Part shown: positions 13,667 to 27,421 of the stretch, piece after piece
Layout: every line of letters starts with the position of its first letter
How positions within the stretch are numbered: position 1 is the stretch's first letter
DNA from: Octopus vulgaris
Lineage: Eukaryota
Reading direction: 5' to 3'
DNA length: 64,000 bases
Assembly (NCBI GenBank): GCA_951406725.2
Contig: OX597814.1
Span: 71,300,001 to 71,364,000 of the forward strand
Translations under genes and position numbers: made by a program
Notes under the pieces: model-generated
Told to the model about the DNA's origin: nothing
Databases searched by the model: none
Seen by the model: the letters and a program-made list of their open reading frames with translations, nothing else

Positions 13667-14957
13667 TGTATGTCATGATATAAACGTGAATTCTAAGTTG
13701 CGGGCGCCACAGCATGCGAACGTATTCCTATTTGCAAATAATCATCGTAGTTTATGCTACAGCAATGACCAATTTCGAATTTTTCATAATTCTGTGTATC
13801 AGACATTTGGCTCATTTTTTAAACGAGGAGTTGAGATATTGTAGCAATATCGCTTCTCCATTGCTATCTTCACTGTTGGAGGAAAGCAAAAAGAATGATC
13901 TCGTTTGAGATAACAAACATCTTTGGCTGGTTTAACGCTGTGGTAGACACTAAGCTGATTGGTTGGCAGTTGACACGTGGTCTCTACATAGTCCGCGCCA
14001 CGTGACACGAATTGTCTCAACTTATTTTCGCGCCACTGTCGCTAAACAGCCAATCACAGCCTTGGATTAAGATCCCATTTCTGAGGTTCGTTTGAGCCAG
14101 CCAAACAATATAAAAAGGAGAGCTTTCAGACACTTTTCGTCTGTCGGCTTAAGACCTTCTAAGGTCTTGGTCGGAGACCATATAACCAGACATAACGGCA
14201 TCACCAACTCCGTCGCTACCTACGAAGATTTAGCTCGTACATAAAATGGCTACAAAACCAACTCATACTGTTTGTGTGAAAACCACACCACGGAAAAACA
14301 GCTGCAGTAATCTATATCAAGAGGAACAAAAACCAAGCAAACATCGTCCCTAGCTACGAAGTTTTAAATAGTACACAAGACTATCACAGATTCAACTCAA
14401 GCGGTTAGGTGAAAATCTCACCACGAGAAAAACGGCTACAGTGAATATATCTGAAAGGAATTCATATCAGGAAGATAAACGCAACAAGCGATTCAACAGA
14501 TGTCAGCTCTGAGACACAACATCTTGATATGAAACTCTTACACCTCGTGTACCTCATAAACAGTAAATCAATTACCTGTCTTTAGTTCTTGTAAGAACTA
14601 GCTTCAGAGACAGCGCTAAACAACAAAATGATACAATGGTTCCTTAACCACTATGCCAATGTACGCTCATCAACCAAAGACTGCTATCTTCCACCATCAG
14701 GTACTTTTCAATGTCAACCACATTCATTGTTCTGTCACGCACTAACACACAGACACAAACACGTGTTGCATGCTCCCATACACTTCCAACCTTAACTTCA
14801 TTGTAAATAAAATCTTATCTTGCCTCTCAAACAGTGACTTGTTCTCAATCCCTTATGTTCTATTGTGCTGCATGTATAAATGGTTTGACTAACTCAGTAA
14901 GAATGGGATCGCGTGCGATTGAAACGACCACATGTGATCCCGTTTTAATATCATACA
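13667..14957 (+). mobile_element. Probable solo LTR
   Basis: Begins tgtatg and ends cataca (TG..CA, 6-bp inverted repeat); flanks taagtt/taaatt; CCAAT at 14050, TATAAAA at 14109, AATAAA at 14806 in LTR order. Confidence 0.5.
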
Positions 14958-15819
14958 TAAATTGTAGGCATTTGAATAACCCCTGGCCTTGAATCAATCA
15001 TTTATAACTTGTCTGTTTGGAAACTCCGCAAAGGTACCTAATGCGCAGCTGCTAAAGTGAAAGAGGGGAACAGAAACAGAAAGTGTGTTTTATGTTTCCC
15101 TAGAGAAAGATAAATAGAATTGATGAAACCGAAAGTAAGACAAAAAGAGCATAGAAGGTCAACGTATTACACTACACATACAAAGATAAATACTGTCTTG
15201 TGTGTGTGTGTGTGTGTGTGAATAGATATTCTGAACACACAAATAACGGTATGTTTGTATGCGAATGTGTACATGTAGGAATGCGTGTGTGTGTGTAAAT
15301 AAAAAAGTTCCGTAACCCTTTCATGAATCATTGAACTACCAATGAAGGCCTCTTGTACACATACTTACGTACACCAACCACTCCTCTCTAACATTTCCAC
15401 TGGTCCGTCAACTTCTACCCTCCCCCACACCTACACTACACTGTTGAACACACTACCCAACACCACACCAAGCGGCGTATATATACGCTTACATATGTAA
15501 GATAGCCTCACGCATACACACATAGGCAGAAACACACACACGCACACATGCGAATACGCTTACAAACACACGTGCACTCGTATACATACATAATAATACA
15601 CACGCATACATACATACATACAGACACGCTTCGTGTTATTTATCATTTTTGCACCATATATATGGATAGATGTATTTGCTATCATTTATAGTTTTATCTA
15701 CTTCAAGTTCACCCCTCCAATATACATATAAAATCGACAGTAAAAGTACATGAAAGTTTGTTTACAAAGACAACTACGAACTAATTATAGTTCTTAAACC
15801 TGACAGAAAAAAAGCATGT

Positions 15820-17010
15820 TAGTTCACTGGTGTAATCGGTAGCACACTTAGTCGCGTAAACAAAGAGCTGTGAGTTCGAGTCGTGCGGGAAAACCTGCTT
15901 CTTTTTCTGTCGAGGGCTGATATGCCCCATTATTGCGTGGTGATTGCTAAAAGCTTTGGGTTTATAAAATATTATTATTATTTACAGAATTTTAAAAATC
16001 GACACTGCTTAACAAAACGATATATATGACTCCCGTTTGCGCCGTGAACAAGGATTAATCTTCTCTCTTCGCTCCTTTATGCCATATAGGCTCAACTCTC
16101 CTTCCCTCTTCATCTAACCTCCTCCCCTTGCCTCTCTCCCCTCCCTCCTGCTTCCTCCCACCCACCTCTCCTCTCTTTCTCCGACTCCTACATCTCTTCA
16201 TTCCTACTTCTCTTCACCCCTACTCTCTTTCTCTCTTCTCTCTTACTCGCTTTCTCTCTTCTCTCTTACTCTCTTCTCTCATACCCATCTTCCCCTTCCC
16301 CCTTCATCCTCCACCCTCCCCCATAAGCCCACCCACCCACCCTACACATTCCTACTCTACCTTCCCTATCCTTCCCATCCCATTCCTTACACCCTCTCCC
16401 ACATGCCCCACCTCTACCCCCACATACCTCAACCCTCGGCCTAACCCACCCGTGCTTTCCCCACTCTCACCTCCTCCACCTCCCAACATCACACCACACC
16501 ATATCACACCACTCTGCACCATACCACACTACACATCACATCACAACACACCATCCACACACAAGCACTGACCAATTCCCATCCCCACATCTTCACACCT
16601 ACACATACACACACGCACACGTCAAGACCACCAGCCCTCTTTCACACGCACATACGTACTCTCTTACACACACACGCACCTTCGTTTTGGGGATCATCTT
16701 TACTTTGTTATCTCCTCTACTTCTTCGCTCTCCTGTGTGACCCTTCTGTCCGGCAGTCACCATGATAGATCGGTAGCCACTATACACATTTTTATACACA
16801 TTTTTCTCTCCTTGTTTCTTTCTGTGTTCCTTTCTGCAGAAGAGCGTAGGCTCGAAACGTAAAAGACTTTTTCAATTCCTGAGCGTTATACTAATATATC
16901 TGTTTGTTTCTACACCACCTGACTTCGTCTTTTGTTGGGGTTTTTTTTCGAGAATTCTCCCTATATATATATAGGGAGAATTCACGAAAAAAAACCAAAA
17001 GACGAAGACA
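15820..17010 (+). mobile_element. Element with tRNA-like head, pyrimidine-rich spacer, hammerhead-like motif and inverted tail
   Basis: A-box tggtgtaatcgg 15828-15839; B-box gttcgagtc 15874-15882; hammerhead-like motif 16830-16865; palindrome 16921-17010 centred on (TA)n. Confidence 0.5.
16830..16865 (+). ncRNA. Minimal hammerhead-like motif with variant core
   Basis: cttt-CTGCAGA-a-gagc gtag gctc-GAAA-cgTA-aaag. Confidence 0.55.
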
Positions 17011-17029
17011 TATTTTATACACATTTTTA

Positions 17030-17295
17030 TCATGTGATCACGTGATCGACTAGGCTATCAAATGCTGTTACACATCGCTGGTCACAATACGTTTTGCATT
17101 GTTTTAGCCTTCAAATGACGCTATTCCGCTGGCTAGGTGAACAGGCCGACATTCACCCCTGATCGAAAGGCCTGGAGCAACGTGAAATTAAGTGTTTTGC
17201 TCAAGAACACAATGCACCATCAAGTCAGGGAATCGAACCCACGATTTAGCGATTGTGAGTGCAGCAGCATAAACACTAGGCCACGTGCCTTCACA
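17030..17295 (-). mobile_element. tRNA-derived SINE
   Basis: Minus strand A-box tggcctagtgt and B-box ggttcgattcc, then gtgttcttgagcaa; a related copy lies at 57925-58240. Confidence 0.65.
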
Positions 17296-18492
17296 ATATG
17301 CACAATATGTGGATGAGTTTGACCTTTCAGTGGAAGGGCAGGCAGGTTATAGGCAGAGATGATACGATGGCCGAGATCGACAGGTTTGTGAATTTTAGGG
17401 ACAAAGTAGATGGCGTAGTTTTGGGTTGTGATTACAATGAATTTGTGGCAAAGGGTACCCTCATATACTACATCATCTGCATACTTGCAGTACTTTTTAC
17501 ATTGGAGAAAAGGGCTGGTGTCTAGTTGATAGCTTTTGGGAGCACATTCAAAGCAACGACCACTTCAGTTCAGCAGGCCATTCCATGACTCACCTATCAA
17601 TATGCGGCATCTCCGCACACTGTGGGTTCATATGCTCAAAGAAATGAAAGGAACAACGTTCTATATTTAAACGTGGTACCATGTCACCAGCAGGTTTAAA
17701 TGAACATTTTCCCTTCTACTCCTACACTGGCTTTTAGTTCAGAATTTCCTTTCTTATCCCCCTCACTTCGGCTTTTCTTTCCACTCCTCCCGCACCTTCA
17801 CTCGCTTTACGTCTTTGTTTCATTTCTTTTTCCTTCTACTTCTTTCACCAAGTTTCTCTCTCCTACGACTTCTTGTCATCGTATGAAACTCACGCAGTCT
17901 TGTGTTCCTCATCACTTGCAATTAGATGAAATAAACCTCTGCTGCCTTTCTTTAATTAAACTCCTATCAACTTTTCCCTAGGAAGAACTCTGAAACATTG
18001 GATTTTTCACTTCCCATGACAATTTCACTGTACTCTTTCTGCCAGTTTTCCTAAATAATACATATATTGTCAATACATACCAACTCCAGTCTCTTTCGGC
18101 TCAGTTTTGTCCTATATATATGTATATAACAGAATCCAAAGAGATTGCGGGTGGTCTGCATTGGCAGGATATGTATTAGTAAGAAAAAACGACAGAATGT
18201 GTAGAGATGTGTGTGTGTGTGTGTGTGTATTTATATGTTTTTGGTTTTATTTTTATAAAGCAAATTAGTTATTCGATGACGTGTTTAATGGTTGAACAAA
18301 TGAATGTCGTAAGTTGAATTTGATTTAAGCGTTTCTTTATGCTAGCGTTTATTAACTGCTAAAATTTTTCAGATGTTCAGTTAGAATTTCACCAAATTGG
18401 ATTACCTTGATAATGTTGTATTAACATATATTTTCGAGGATATTATTATTAATTTATAATATTGTCTATATCTATGTATATGTGCATGTATG

Positions 18493-18552
<60 letters not shown>

Positions 18553-19342
18553 CATGTATGCAAATATATATATATATCATAGTGGAAAGAAACTAGGGGA
18601 GAGCGTAACAGAAGGTGGTCCTCAGAGGAGAAAACCTCTTTAGGCAAGTGTTTCGGACCTTAACTTCTGATACTCTAGGTGGGAGGATCATCCGAGTCAT
18701 GACTCCCGGATGTCCACCTGCTGTCCGTTTTAGTACACTTTAGGTGGGGTTGGTTTCTCTGGTTTCTAGCAATTTCTGTCTGTCGATCTGTCTGTTACTA
18801 TTTTGCTGCCTCCACCAGTGAACCAATCTTGAAGAAACTTTGCGTACATATTAAACTAACATCCAGTTCAATAGTAGGCTATTTGGATTTCAATAAAATT
18901 CTATAATCGGCCTCCTAAAATGAGAAGGGTGCAAGAGTGTTAGTGTGAGGGGAATGTGATGGCATAGTAATTGTGGTTGATATCAGGGAAGGAGAGAATA
19001 GCGCCGTGTAAGTGACAAATATAGAGTAGCAGTGGGATAGTAGCGTTAATATAGCTGTCATTCAGGGATATACACGCGACGCTGCATACATACCTTCGTA
19101 AATACATACAGTATTTCACGGAAGTATGTACACCCCTAAAAAATTTCAGTAGAATTGCCATTACTCTGATAATATCGAAGGAAATCAAACGAAATTTATA
19201 CTGAAAAATATATTATACATGCAAACATCATACTAACTTGGAACACCAAACAATAAACATTTTCAAAGATATGAACGAAATATTAATTTTTAAACGTTAC
19301 AAAAATATGTACACTCTAAAGTATTATTTGCTATATTCAATA

Positions 19343-19727
19343 CTAGTAGTATCGCCCGGCGTTGCTCGGGTTTGTAAGGGAAATAACTATAAAGCATTTT
19401 TAGAGAGTTATAGCCAAAAAATAGCAAAAAAATGGAAAAAAAAATTATGGTAAATTTTTTTGAGAGTAAAAAAGGTCGAGTTGCGTCCCCTAGACAGTCT
19501 GTGGTTTGTGTTTCTGATTCTCGACCCCATGTCGAATTTATCGATTTTTTTGAGAACTTGGGGGAACTTTTCAAAATTTTCGCTGCGTTAGTTTTGAATT
19601 ATGACATTGGGCTATGTGTGTGTCAAGTTTCATCAGAATCGGTTGAAAGCCGTGGTCAGGGTGAGGGTACAACCTAACAGACACACAGAAACACACACAG
19701 ACAAACTGCCGTTTATATATAGAGAGA
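19343..19727 (-). mobile_element. Non-autonomous Helitron nested in the Tc1
   Basis: Minus strand 5' TC and 3' CTAG; subterminal hairpin cccg agcaacgc cggg; inserted between A and T with no TSD. Confidence 0.8.
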
Positions 19728-19881
19728 TTTTATCCACTTTTTTTTTTACTAAATTCAGATATTGCTGATAATTTCAATCCTAAGAAATTATTTCTCCTGG
19801 CATTTTTGCACTGGTCATTGTTATTGCATTTTCAGGAATTCTGATTTGTGTACCGTGGTGAAAATCTTCATTGTAATTAAA

Positions 19882-20835
19882 ATGGCACCAAAAGGAAAAG
19901 AATTGTTTGAAGATTTGAAGAAAATCATTTTTAATTTGCACAAGAATGGTTTAGGATACATGTTAATTAGCAAACGAATACATATTTGCGTAAATACAGT
20001 TGCCGAAGTAATTCAGAAGTACGAAGCTACTGGATGGCTAACCAACAAACATCGTCCAGGTTGTCCTATTTTAACTGCTCGTAATATTCGCCACATCCAA
20101 CGTCGCGTGATGGATGACATGCGTCGTACCGCTTCATCTTTAGCCCAAGAAGTGTCTTCTCAAACAGTTCGCCGAAGTTTGAACCAGTGTGGTCTTCATG
20201 GACGCATTCCTCGTAGGAAGCCTCTCCTCACTACTAGGCATAATATATCGATTCTTCATTCTTTTGCTGAAACCTATGTGAGTAAGGGGAAGTTTTGGAA
20301 TGAAATTCTTTTTTCTGACGAGACTAAAATCAACTTGTTTAGGTCACATGGTATTAAACGAGTATGGCGACGGCCAGGTGAAGATAATAGCGACAAATGC
20401 ACTGTGTCTACCGTGAAACACGGCGGCGGAAGTATTATGCTTTGGGGATGCATGAGTGCGGCTGGTGTGAGAGGACTCACATTTATTGAGAGAACAATTG
20501 ATTCAAGGCATATTGCAGAAAACATTGTTAAAAAGCATCAAGGAACTAGGGACCTTAAACACACTTCAAAGATGACGACTAAGTTTTTATCAGATAAAAA
20601 GGTAAAGGTATTGCCTTGGCCTACCATTTCATCTGATTTAAATCCAATAGAATATCTGTAGCTTGTTTTGAAAAGGCAAGGTGAGGAGAAAAAATCCCCG
20701 CAATGTAACACAGTTGAAAGACATCAGGATGAATGGAGGTCGATTTCATCGGTTATATGAGAAAATTTAGTTGACTCTATGCCCAGAAGACTTAATGCAG
20801 TCAATGAAAGCAAAGGCGGTCGCACCAAATATTGA
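19882..20835 (+). pseudogene. Tc1 transposase pseudogene
   Basis: Starts MAPKGKEL; HTH region and DDE motifs present; second-Asp region deleted (HQGTRDLKHTSK); premature stop at 20659-20661; tail GGRTKY*. Confidence 0.88.
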
Positions 20836-20922
20836 ATATAACACAGTTCTATATTTAAGAGATGAGGAATTATGTACAGTATTTACATTTGACAGATATT
20901 TGTCCTCATCTTGTTTGTTCTT

Positions 20923-20968
20923 AACACAACGTTTCGGCTGATATACCCTCCAACCTTCATCAGGTGTC
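20923..20968 (-). ncRNA. Minimal hammerhead ribozyme (inverted copy)
   Basis: Minus strand gacac-CTGATGA-a-ggttg..cagcc-GAAA-cGTT-gtgtt. Confidence 0.75.
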
Positions 20969-21066
20969 TTGGGGAAATTCCGAACCCACGGCCCGTGACA
21001 TATGGCATTGTGGTTAAGAGCGCGGACTACTAGCCCCAAGATTCCGAGTTCGATTCCAAGCAGTGA

Positions 21067-21199
<133 letters not shown>

Positions 21200-21262
21200 A
21201 ACAACAACATCAACATCGAAAAATACCTTAGGAATGAGAACCCAGGTTCGAAATTTCCCCAA

Positions 21263-21308
21263 GACACCTGATGAAGGCTGGAGAGTATATCAGCCGAAAC
21301 GTTGTGTT
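21263..21308 (+). ncRNA. Minimal hammerhead ribozyme
   Basis: gacac-CTGATGA-a-ggctg gagagtatat cagcc-GAAA-cGTT-gtgtt; loopless palindromic stem III (aacgtt). Confidence 0.8.
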
Positions 21309-21628
21309 AAGAACAAACAAGATGAAGACAAATATCCGTCAAATGTAAATAATGTAAAATTGAATATAACCAATAATCCTAGAGTGTACATATTTTTGTA
21401 TTGTTTGAAAGTTTTTGTTTCGTTCATATCTTTAAAAATGTTTATTGCTTTGTGTTCCAAATTTGTATAATGTTTGCATGTATTTTATTCAGTATAAATT
21501 TCGTTTGATTTCCTTCGATTATCAGAGTAATGGCGTGCACATACTTCTGTGAGATACACACACACACACTGCACATACATACACACACATACACACTCAC
21601 ATGCACGTAAGTAATATTTAAAGCGCCG

Positions 21629-21670
<42 letters not shown>

Positions 21671-21792
21671 GTGGGTGTGAGGAATACGTAGCTTTAAGGA
21701 GAGAGGGTGCATCGCAAAGAAACACTCATACACAGACACATACATATATATATACATACGTACATACATACATACATACATACATACATACG

Positions 21793-21840
21793 TCTACTAT
21801 ACACCATTTTAAATTCGTGATTACCTGTGTGTACGTTTGT

Positions 21841-21904
<64 letters not shown>

Positions 21905-22456
21905 TGCCCTATAACTGTCAGTCTCTCTCTACTTTTGTAGAGTCTTTCCTGTTGCTGTCACATATTGTGAAATTTTAAAATTACGTCAAAATTTTCAAAT
22001 TTGTTATATTGAAATGATTTTTCACGTTAAATCCGATTTTGTTATTTATTTCATCCAGAAAAATTGAAGAAAATGTTACTGAGTTTTAAAAGTTAAGGAA
22101 ATCAGAAAACAGGATTTGGAAGCTGGCATTTTCTACATGATAGCTGTCTATCACAAAATGAAAGCAAAATCATTACGAGGAGGAAATTTTATTATAATTA
22201 TTTTTGTATTACGACAGCCAAAGTTGTAAGAACTGAATTTTTTAATAAGTTTTAATGAATAAAGTCATGTGAGACGGCCGAAGAGACATGTAAATAATTA
22301 AAAAAGGAAAAAATCCTCAACGAAGATTTTTGCACAAATCTGTCCTGATCAAGAGGCTTATCTATCGGGGAAGGAATGGTCTGACATGGAATAAACAAAA
22401 ATTTACATGATATTCTATTGTATAAATTGTCCAGCAACGACGGGATATTCTGCTAG
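21793..22456 (+). mobile_element. Non-autonomous Helitron-like element
   Basis: 3' end ccagcaacgacggg..CTAG|t resembles the 19343 element; the 5' tctactat boundary is tentative. Confidence 0.5.
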
Positions 22457-22572
22457 TGTGTATAAGTGTGTGTGTAAATAGAAATATTATTATTTCTAAA
22501 TCTCTCAAAGAGAGCTATTCAGTAACAGTACTGTAAAGTAAAGGCTATTTGCCAACATAATGTAGCAGTCCT

Positions 22573-22902
22573 GAATGGGACGAATGTTACTGTTGTTTAG
22601 CCCCAGAAAACATCGTTTCCAGCTGGCTATACGACACAATATCTGAGTCCTTATATTTTCGAACAGAGATAATCAGCGACCCCATCCAGCACAAAGCAAC
22701 ATCTGTGGACCGGTTTCTGGGTTATTGCTCTTTCTCAGCACAGAGTAGCTGCTTGGTTAGATGACGCTACTGAATTCCTGTTCGAAAATATAAGGACTTA
22801 GATATTCTGGTTCGAAAATATAAAGACACAGATATTGTGTCATATAGCCAACTGGAAACGACGTTTCCTGGGGTTAAACAATAGTAACATTCGTCCCATT
22901 CA
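22573..22902. mobile_element. Fold-back element with an internal hammerhead-like motif
   Basis: Arms 22573-22665 and 22810-22902 are inverted; minus 22703-22743 reads ctgtg-CTGAGAA-..-GAAA-ccgg-TC-cacag. Confidence 0.6.
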
Positions 22903-22914
22903 TTCTTTTACTCC

Positions 22915-23072
22915 TTTACTTGTTTCAGTCATTTGACGGTGACCATGCTGGAGCACCGTCTTTTAGTCGGAGAAATCGACCCTTGGACTTATTCTTTGTA
23001 ACCCTGGTGCTTATTCTATTGGTCTCTTCTGCCGTAACATTAATTGTCAAACGATGGTGGGGGGCAATCACT

Positions 23073-23103
<31 letters not shown>

Positions 23104-23120
23104 GACGGGGTTCTTTTAGT
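22915..23120 (-). mobile_element. SINE 3' part (abundant family, ccatgctggagcac core)
   Basis: Homologous pieces at 24130-24290, 24310-24480, 29745-29965 and 31780-32030. Confidence 0.6.
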
Positions 23121-23560
23121 TGTATGTTGTCTTCAATAAGATTGATGTAAGTCCCACATCAACTGTCAAAAAGTGTGGCCGCCCCAATTGTGGGATTTGC
23201 ATCGATCATATTGAAGACACAACACATAAATTCAAATCAGGACAGATTTTTACGGTAACAAATCACTTTACATGTTCTTCAAGGAATTTAATATATGCTA
23301 TCAAATGTCAAGGATATAATGAAGATGACATAAGTCAATCGAAGCTTACTTTAAGAAAGACTGACCATTCACCGACAACAAATACGAGATCCCAGTACTA
23401 GACAGATTCTACTGAGTGGACACATAGATATATGTGCAAAAATAAGTCCCCCCAAATTCCAGGTCTTCCCACTCTACCTATGTTCAGTGAATACCACAGA
23501 TAAAGCACGGATAAATAAAGAGAATACTTTCATTTAAAAGTGCAAACCCAGACTTAAACT
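23120..23560 (+). pseudogene. Penelope-like GIY-YIG endonuclease fragment (Neptune-like Cys motif)
   Basis: KKCGRPNCGIC...FTCSSRNLIYAIKC, later GHIDIC and RINKENTFI; frameshifted. Confidence 0.75.
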
Positions 23561-24501
23561 TTAACAAAGTACATACACAAATAACTATTCACACGAGGAA
23601 CCTACATAGCTAACAACCTAAACTTTAGCCACTTGACTACATACAAATGACTCCTGTCTACTCTTACCTCAGACAGATTAAATTTGGAGAGCCTTGATTG
23701 CAACTAAACATGTTCATTCAACTGTGTCAGCCTTCATTTTAGGTGCAAGATGTACTACCACGTGACACTAATACACGGATGTAGCGGGAGACGTACAGAA
23801 GGTTCTAAACTTAATCATGTGTTCATTCTCTACAAACACTTGACACAAAACATTCAGAGCATTGATTATTTAGTTCTACCACCAGATTTGTTCAGTCGAC
23901 CGTATCAGCCTTAACCTAGGACATTAACATTGTCCGGGACCTACAAAATTTTCTAAGACCAGTCATGTGACTATCCTCTACCAGTGAAACCCTATTCATA
24001 ACATATACTAATTTGAACCATGAACTCCCTATAAAAATTGGGCAAGCTTCAAACACCAGTCAGAAGCAAAACAACAGCGACATAAGCAACATGTTTCTTT
24101 TTCAAATTTTTTTTAATCAGTGTATACAACGGGCTACTTTCTGTTTCTGTCTGACAAATACATTCACAAGGCTTTGGTTGGCCCAAGGCTATATAGTACA
24201 AAACACTTGCTCAAGGTTCCACACAGTGAGACTGAACCTAGAGCCATGTGGTTGGGAAGCAAACTCTTTACAGCAGAGACATACCTGTTCCTATACATAT
24301 ATATTCTATCTTTATCTTTTACTTGTTTCAGTCATTAGAGTGTGGCCATGCTGAGGCAGCAGCTTCAAGAATTAACTCAAGCACTTTTATTTTTAAGCCT
24401 TGTACTTGTTCTCTTGGTCTCTTCTGCTGGACATAAACACACTGGCACCAGTTGTTGAGTGGCAGTAGAGACAAACACAAATACACATATCGATATATAT
24501 A

Positions 24502-25383
24502 CAGAGTGTGGGAAATAAACTGTCGTGTAAATTACACAAAAATGAAAATAACACTGACATCTCATTTTAACAGATATATTTACCAAAATTACATAAAAAT
24601 ATCTTGAAATACTAAGGAGTAAATTTATTCTATAAAATCGCTATTGGCTTCAACCATGGCCTCCAGATGACTTCGGAATCTCTTGCAACTCTTCTGAACT
24701 GTCTCCTTGTTTAAGCTGGTGAATACTACCATAATCCTTGCTTTCAGTTCATCTTTGGTGTTACAAAGAGTTTTGTTGGTCTCTCATTCAACTGCACCCA
24801 ACACAATAATCAAGGGGGTTGCAGTCTGGAGAATTAAGAGGCCAGATGTTAGAGGTGATGTGATTGCAGAAATTGTCTGACAGCCATGACTGGGTGTTCT
24901 TGCTTGTGTGGCGTGATGCAGAGTCCTGTTGCCAGACACAGGATCTTCCAACAGCCACCCTCTTGACCTAGGGCCACACTACCTCCTCCAGGCACTCCCA
25001 AGGTTCAATAGTATTTCTTCCATGTAGGAAGATGAATGGAAGCCTAACGTTGCCATCACTTGTGATCACTCCAAACACCATGATGTTGACTGAATATTTG
25101 ATTTCTATCACTCTTGGTATATGTTTTCAGATTGCACTGTCCTCAGATTGACACCCAAACACTCTGAGATATTCGTACTGGCACTTCCAACATGAATTCC
25201 AAGCAGTACAGCATGTCATTTCCAAATTTCTGGCAGAGTGAATTGCATCACAATGCTGTTTTTTCTCATAGATGGTGCCCAACTGACACTACTATACTGT
25301 GTAGTTGACAAAATCAAAGACAAGCAATTCACATGCACAAAGGTAAAAATATAGAATTGTGACAATTTACCCATCACATTCTG
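24502..25383 (-). mobile_element. Internally deleted Tc1/mariner-superfamily element (DD37D/maT-like)
   Basis: Imperfect TIRs cagagtgtggg../..cccatcacattctg; minus strand WQQDSA and WPLNSPDCNPLDY. Confidence 0.7.
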
Positions 25384-25389
25384 TGTATG

Positions 25390-25414
<25 letters not shown>

Positions 25415-25422
<8 letters not shown>

Positions 25423-27180
25423 ATTAGAGATAAAACCACTACTAAGCAAATCAAACAGTGAAAACCATAAGCCAATACATAGAAATAAAATTAATTAAAA
25501 AATATATAAAAAATATAAAATATAAAATATAAAAATCCAATTAAAATATTTAAATTAAAGTTAAAAATTTTTTAAATTATTTAAATTAATAATTTAAACT
25601 TATAAATTATAAATATATATATTTTTATTATTATTTTATTTAATTATTTTTTTTTATTTATATTTTTTTATTTTTCTTCTTATTTTTTAAAAATATTTTT
25701 ATATATTTTATATTTTTATATTTTATATTTATTTATTTTTTTATAAACTATCAAAAAGTATTAAAAGTTTAATAAGATAAAGAGTAAAAACACTACGATT
25801 GTTTCATGCCGGTAACCAATTCGAATAACAATAATTTAAATTCAATTAATAATTCGAGTTATGGTTACAGTCAATCTTCTGGTTAATTGTAATATTTTTA
25901 TAAATAATCAAAAATATTTAAACAACACTTTTTAAGAAATAAATAATATAATAAATTTTCTTATAAAAAACTCTATTATCAAACTAGAAACTTAACGATT
26001 ATGATTATGTCAAAACAACGATTATAATGTTAAATATTAATTTTAATTTTTAAGTATTAATTTTTAAGGTAAGAAACCCACCAATAATCTAATATCAGTA
26101 ATAGTCAATATCTAATTACATAAATATTTTACAAAAAAAATGATTATTCATATTATTAAAATATAAAATTTAAATAATATATAAATTATCAATGAAAATA
26201 TATAAATGCATATAAATATATAATTAAGATCTAAATAATCTCTATAAATAAATATATATGCACATATAATAAAGACCTAATAAATTAATTTTTCATACTT
26301 AAAGATGAAATAGCTAATTTCAAAAATACAAACAAACCATCTTAAACGAACGCTATAGTAAATTAACTATCTTTATCTCTTTGGCTAAATAATAACTTTC
26401 AAAAATCTTATCTTTAAAGTACTTAAAGAAATAATCAATTCGTAGTTATATAGTAACAAATAAATACTATAGATATATTTATCAATGGGAATAATGTAAC
26501 TAGCAAATAACAATTTAAAAAGACAATATATAAGTTAAAATAATAATTATAAGAAATTTAAAACTACAATTAATGCTATTAATACATGTATATACATGAA
26601 TCTAACTTATACAAACTCATATACTTGCTATCAAACAACTTATCTATCGCTAAGTAAATTCTTACGAATAAACTTAAAGTTAATATCTAATAATTAAATA
26701 GAAAATTACGATAATTGGATAAACAACGATATATACATAAAAAAAACAATAATATTATACCATAAGACTTATAAATATTAAAATTTAAAGATCTTAAATA
26801 TAAATATATACTTATCTTAGCGAGGTTTTGTAATGAAAAAATTAGGTGGAGAGATATGTTCAATTATTCCAGTACCTTCGAATTTAATATTGAAATATTA
26901 AATTATTGTTGGAGTCCCATGCTGATGAAGAAAATGGTTGGTAAAGTATAATTCTATATTCTTTATACTGATCTAATTCCAAAACGTGCGTACATGGGTG
27001 ACCAGATATTGATTGATTTTCGTTACTTTTCCTCTCTGCCTGTGTGGATTGTTTTCAAGTATTTTGGTTTTTCTGGGAGTCCCTTTTTAAAGTAGAAGAA
27101 ATAGCTAAGGTATTTTGGCTGCTATTTCTAAACTTCAGTATGTGGTAAAGCAAATCTTTGCTGAACCCTAATTATTAAGT
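25415..27180. mobile_element. Extremely AT-rich Penelope-type non-coding element between (TA)n tracts
   Basis: 25415-26830 is collinear with 36965-38075; degenerate hammerhead on the minus strand at 25791-25883. Confidence 0.65.
26916..26998 (+). ncRNA. Hammerhead ribozyme with a GAAA>AAAA mutation
   Basis: cccatg-CTGATGA-long stem II-AAAA-cgtgcg-TA-catggg; perfect 6-bp stem I. Confidence 0.65.
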
Positions 27181-27191
27181 ATATATATATG

Positions 27192-27302
<111 letters not shown>

Positions 27303-27421
27303 ATTTAAATTTAAAATAATAAGTGTGAAGAATTGAATATTAATTTGATTGATATGAATTGAAAACCAGTTAATGGTTCATCCCTGTTATATAATACTTT
27401 CACTTTAATAGTTTCAGTATT

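Noticed and set aside
16128-16571. 147-aa Pro/Leu/Ser-rich ORF
   Set aside because: Product of pyrimidine-rich low-complexity DNA
18640-18730. GC-rich hairpin with GAAAC on the minus strand
   Set aside because: No CUGANGA-like core or stem I found
25450-26830. Mitochondrial insertion suggested by extreme AT content
   Set aside because: No mitochondrial gene or rRNA motif recognised; a homologous copy with terminal repeats and ribozymes explains it
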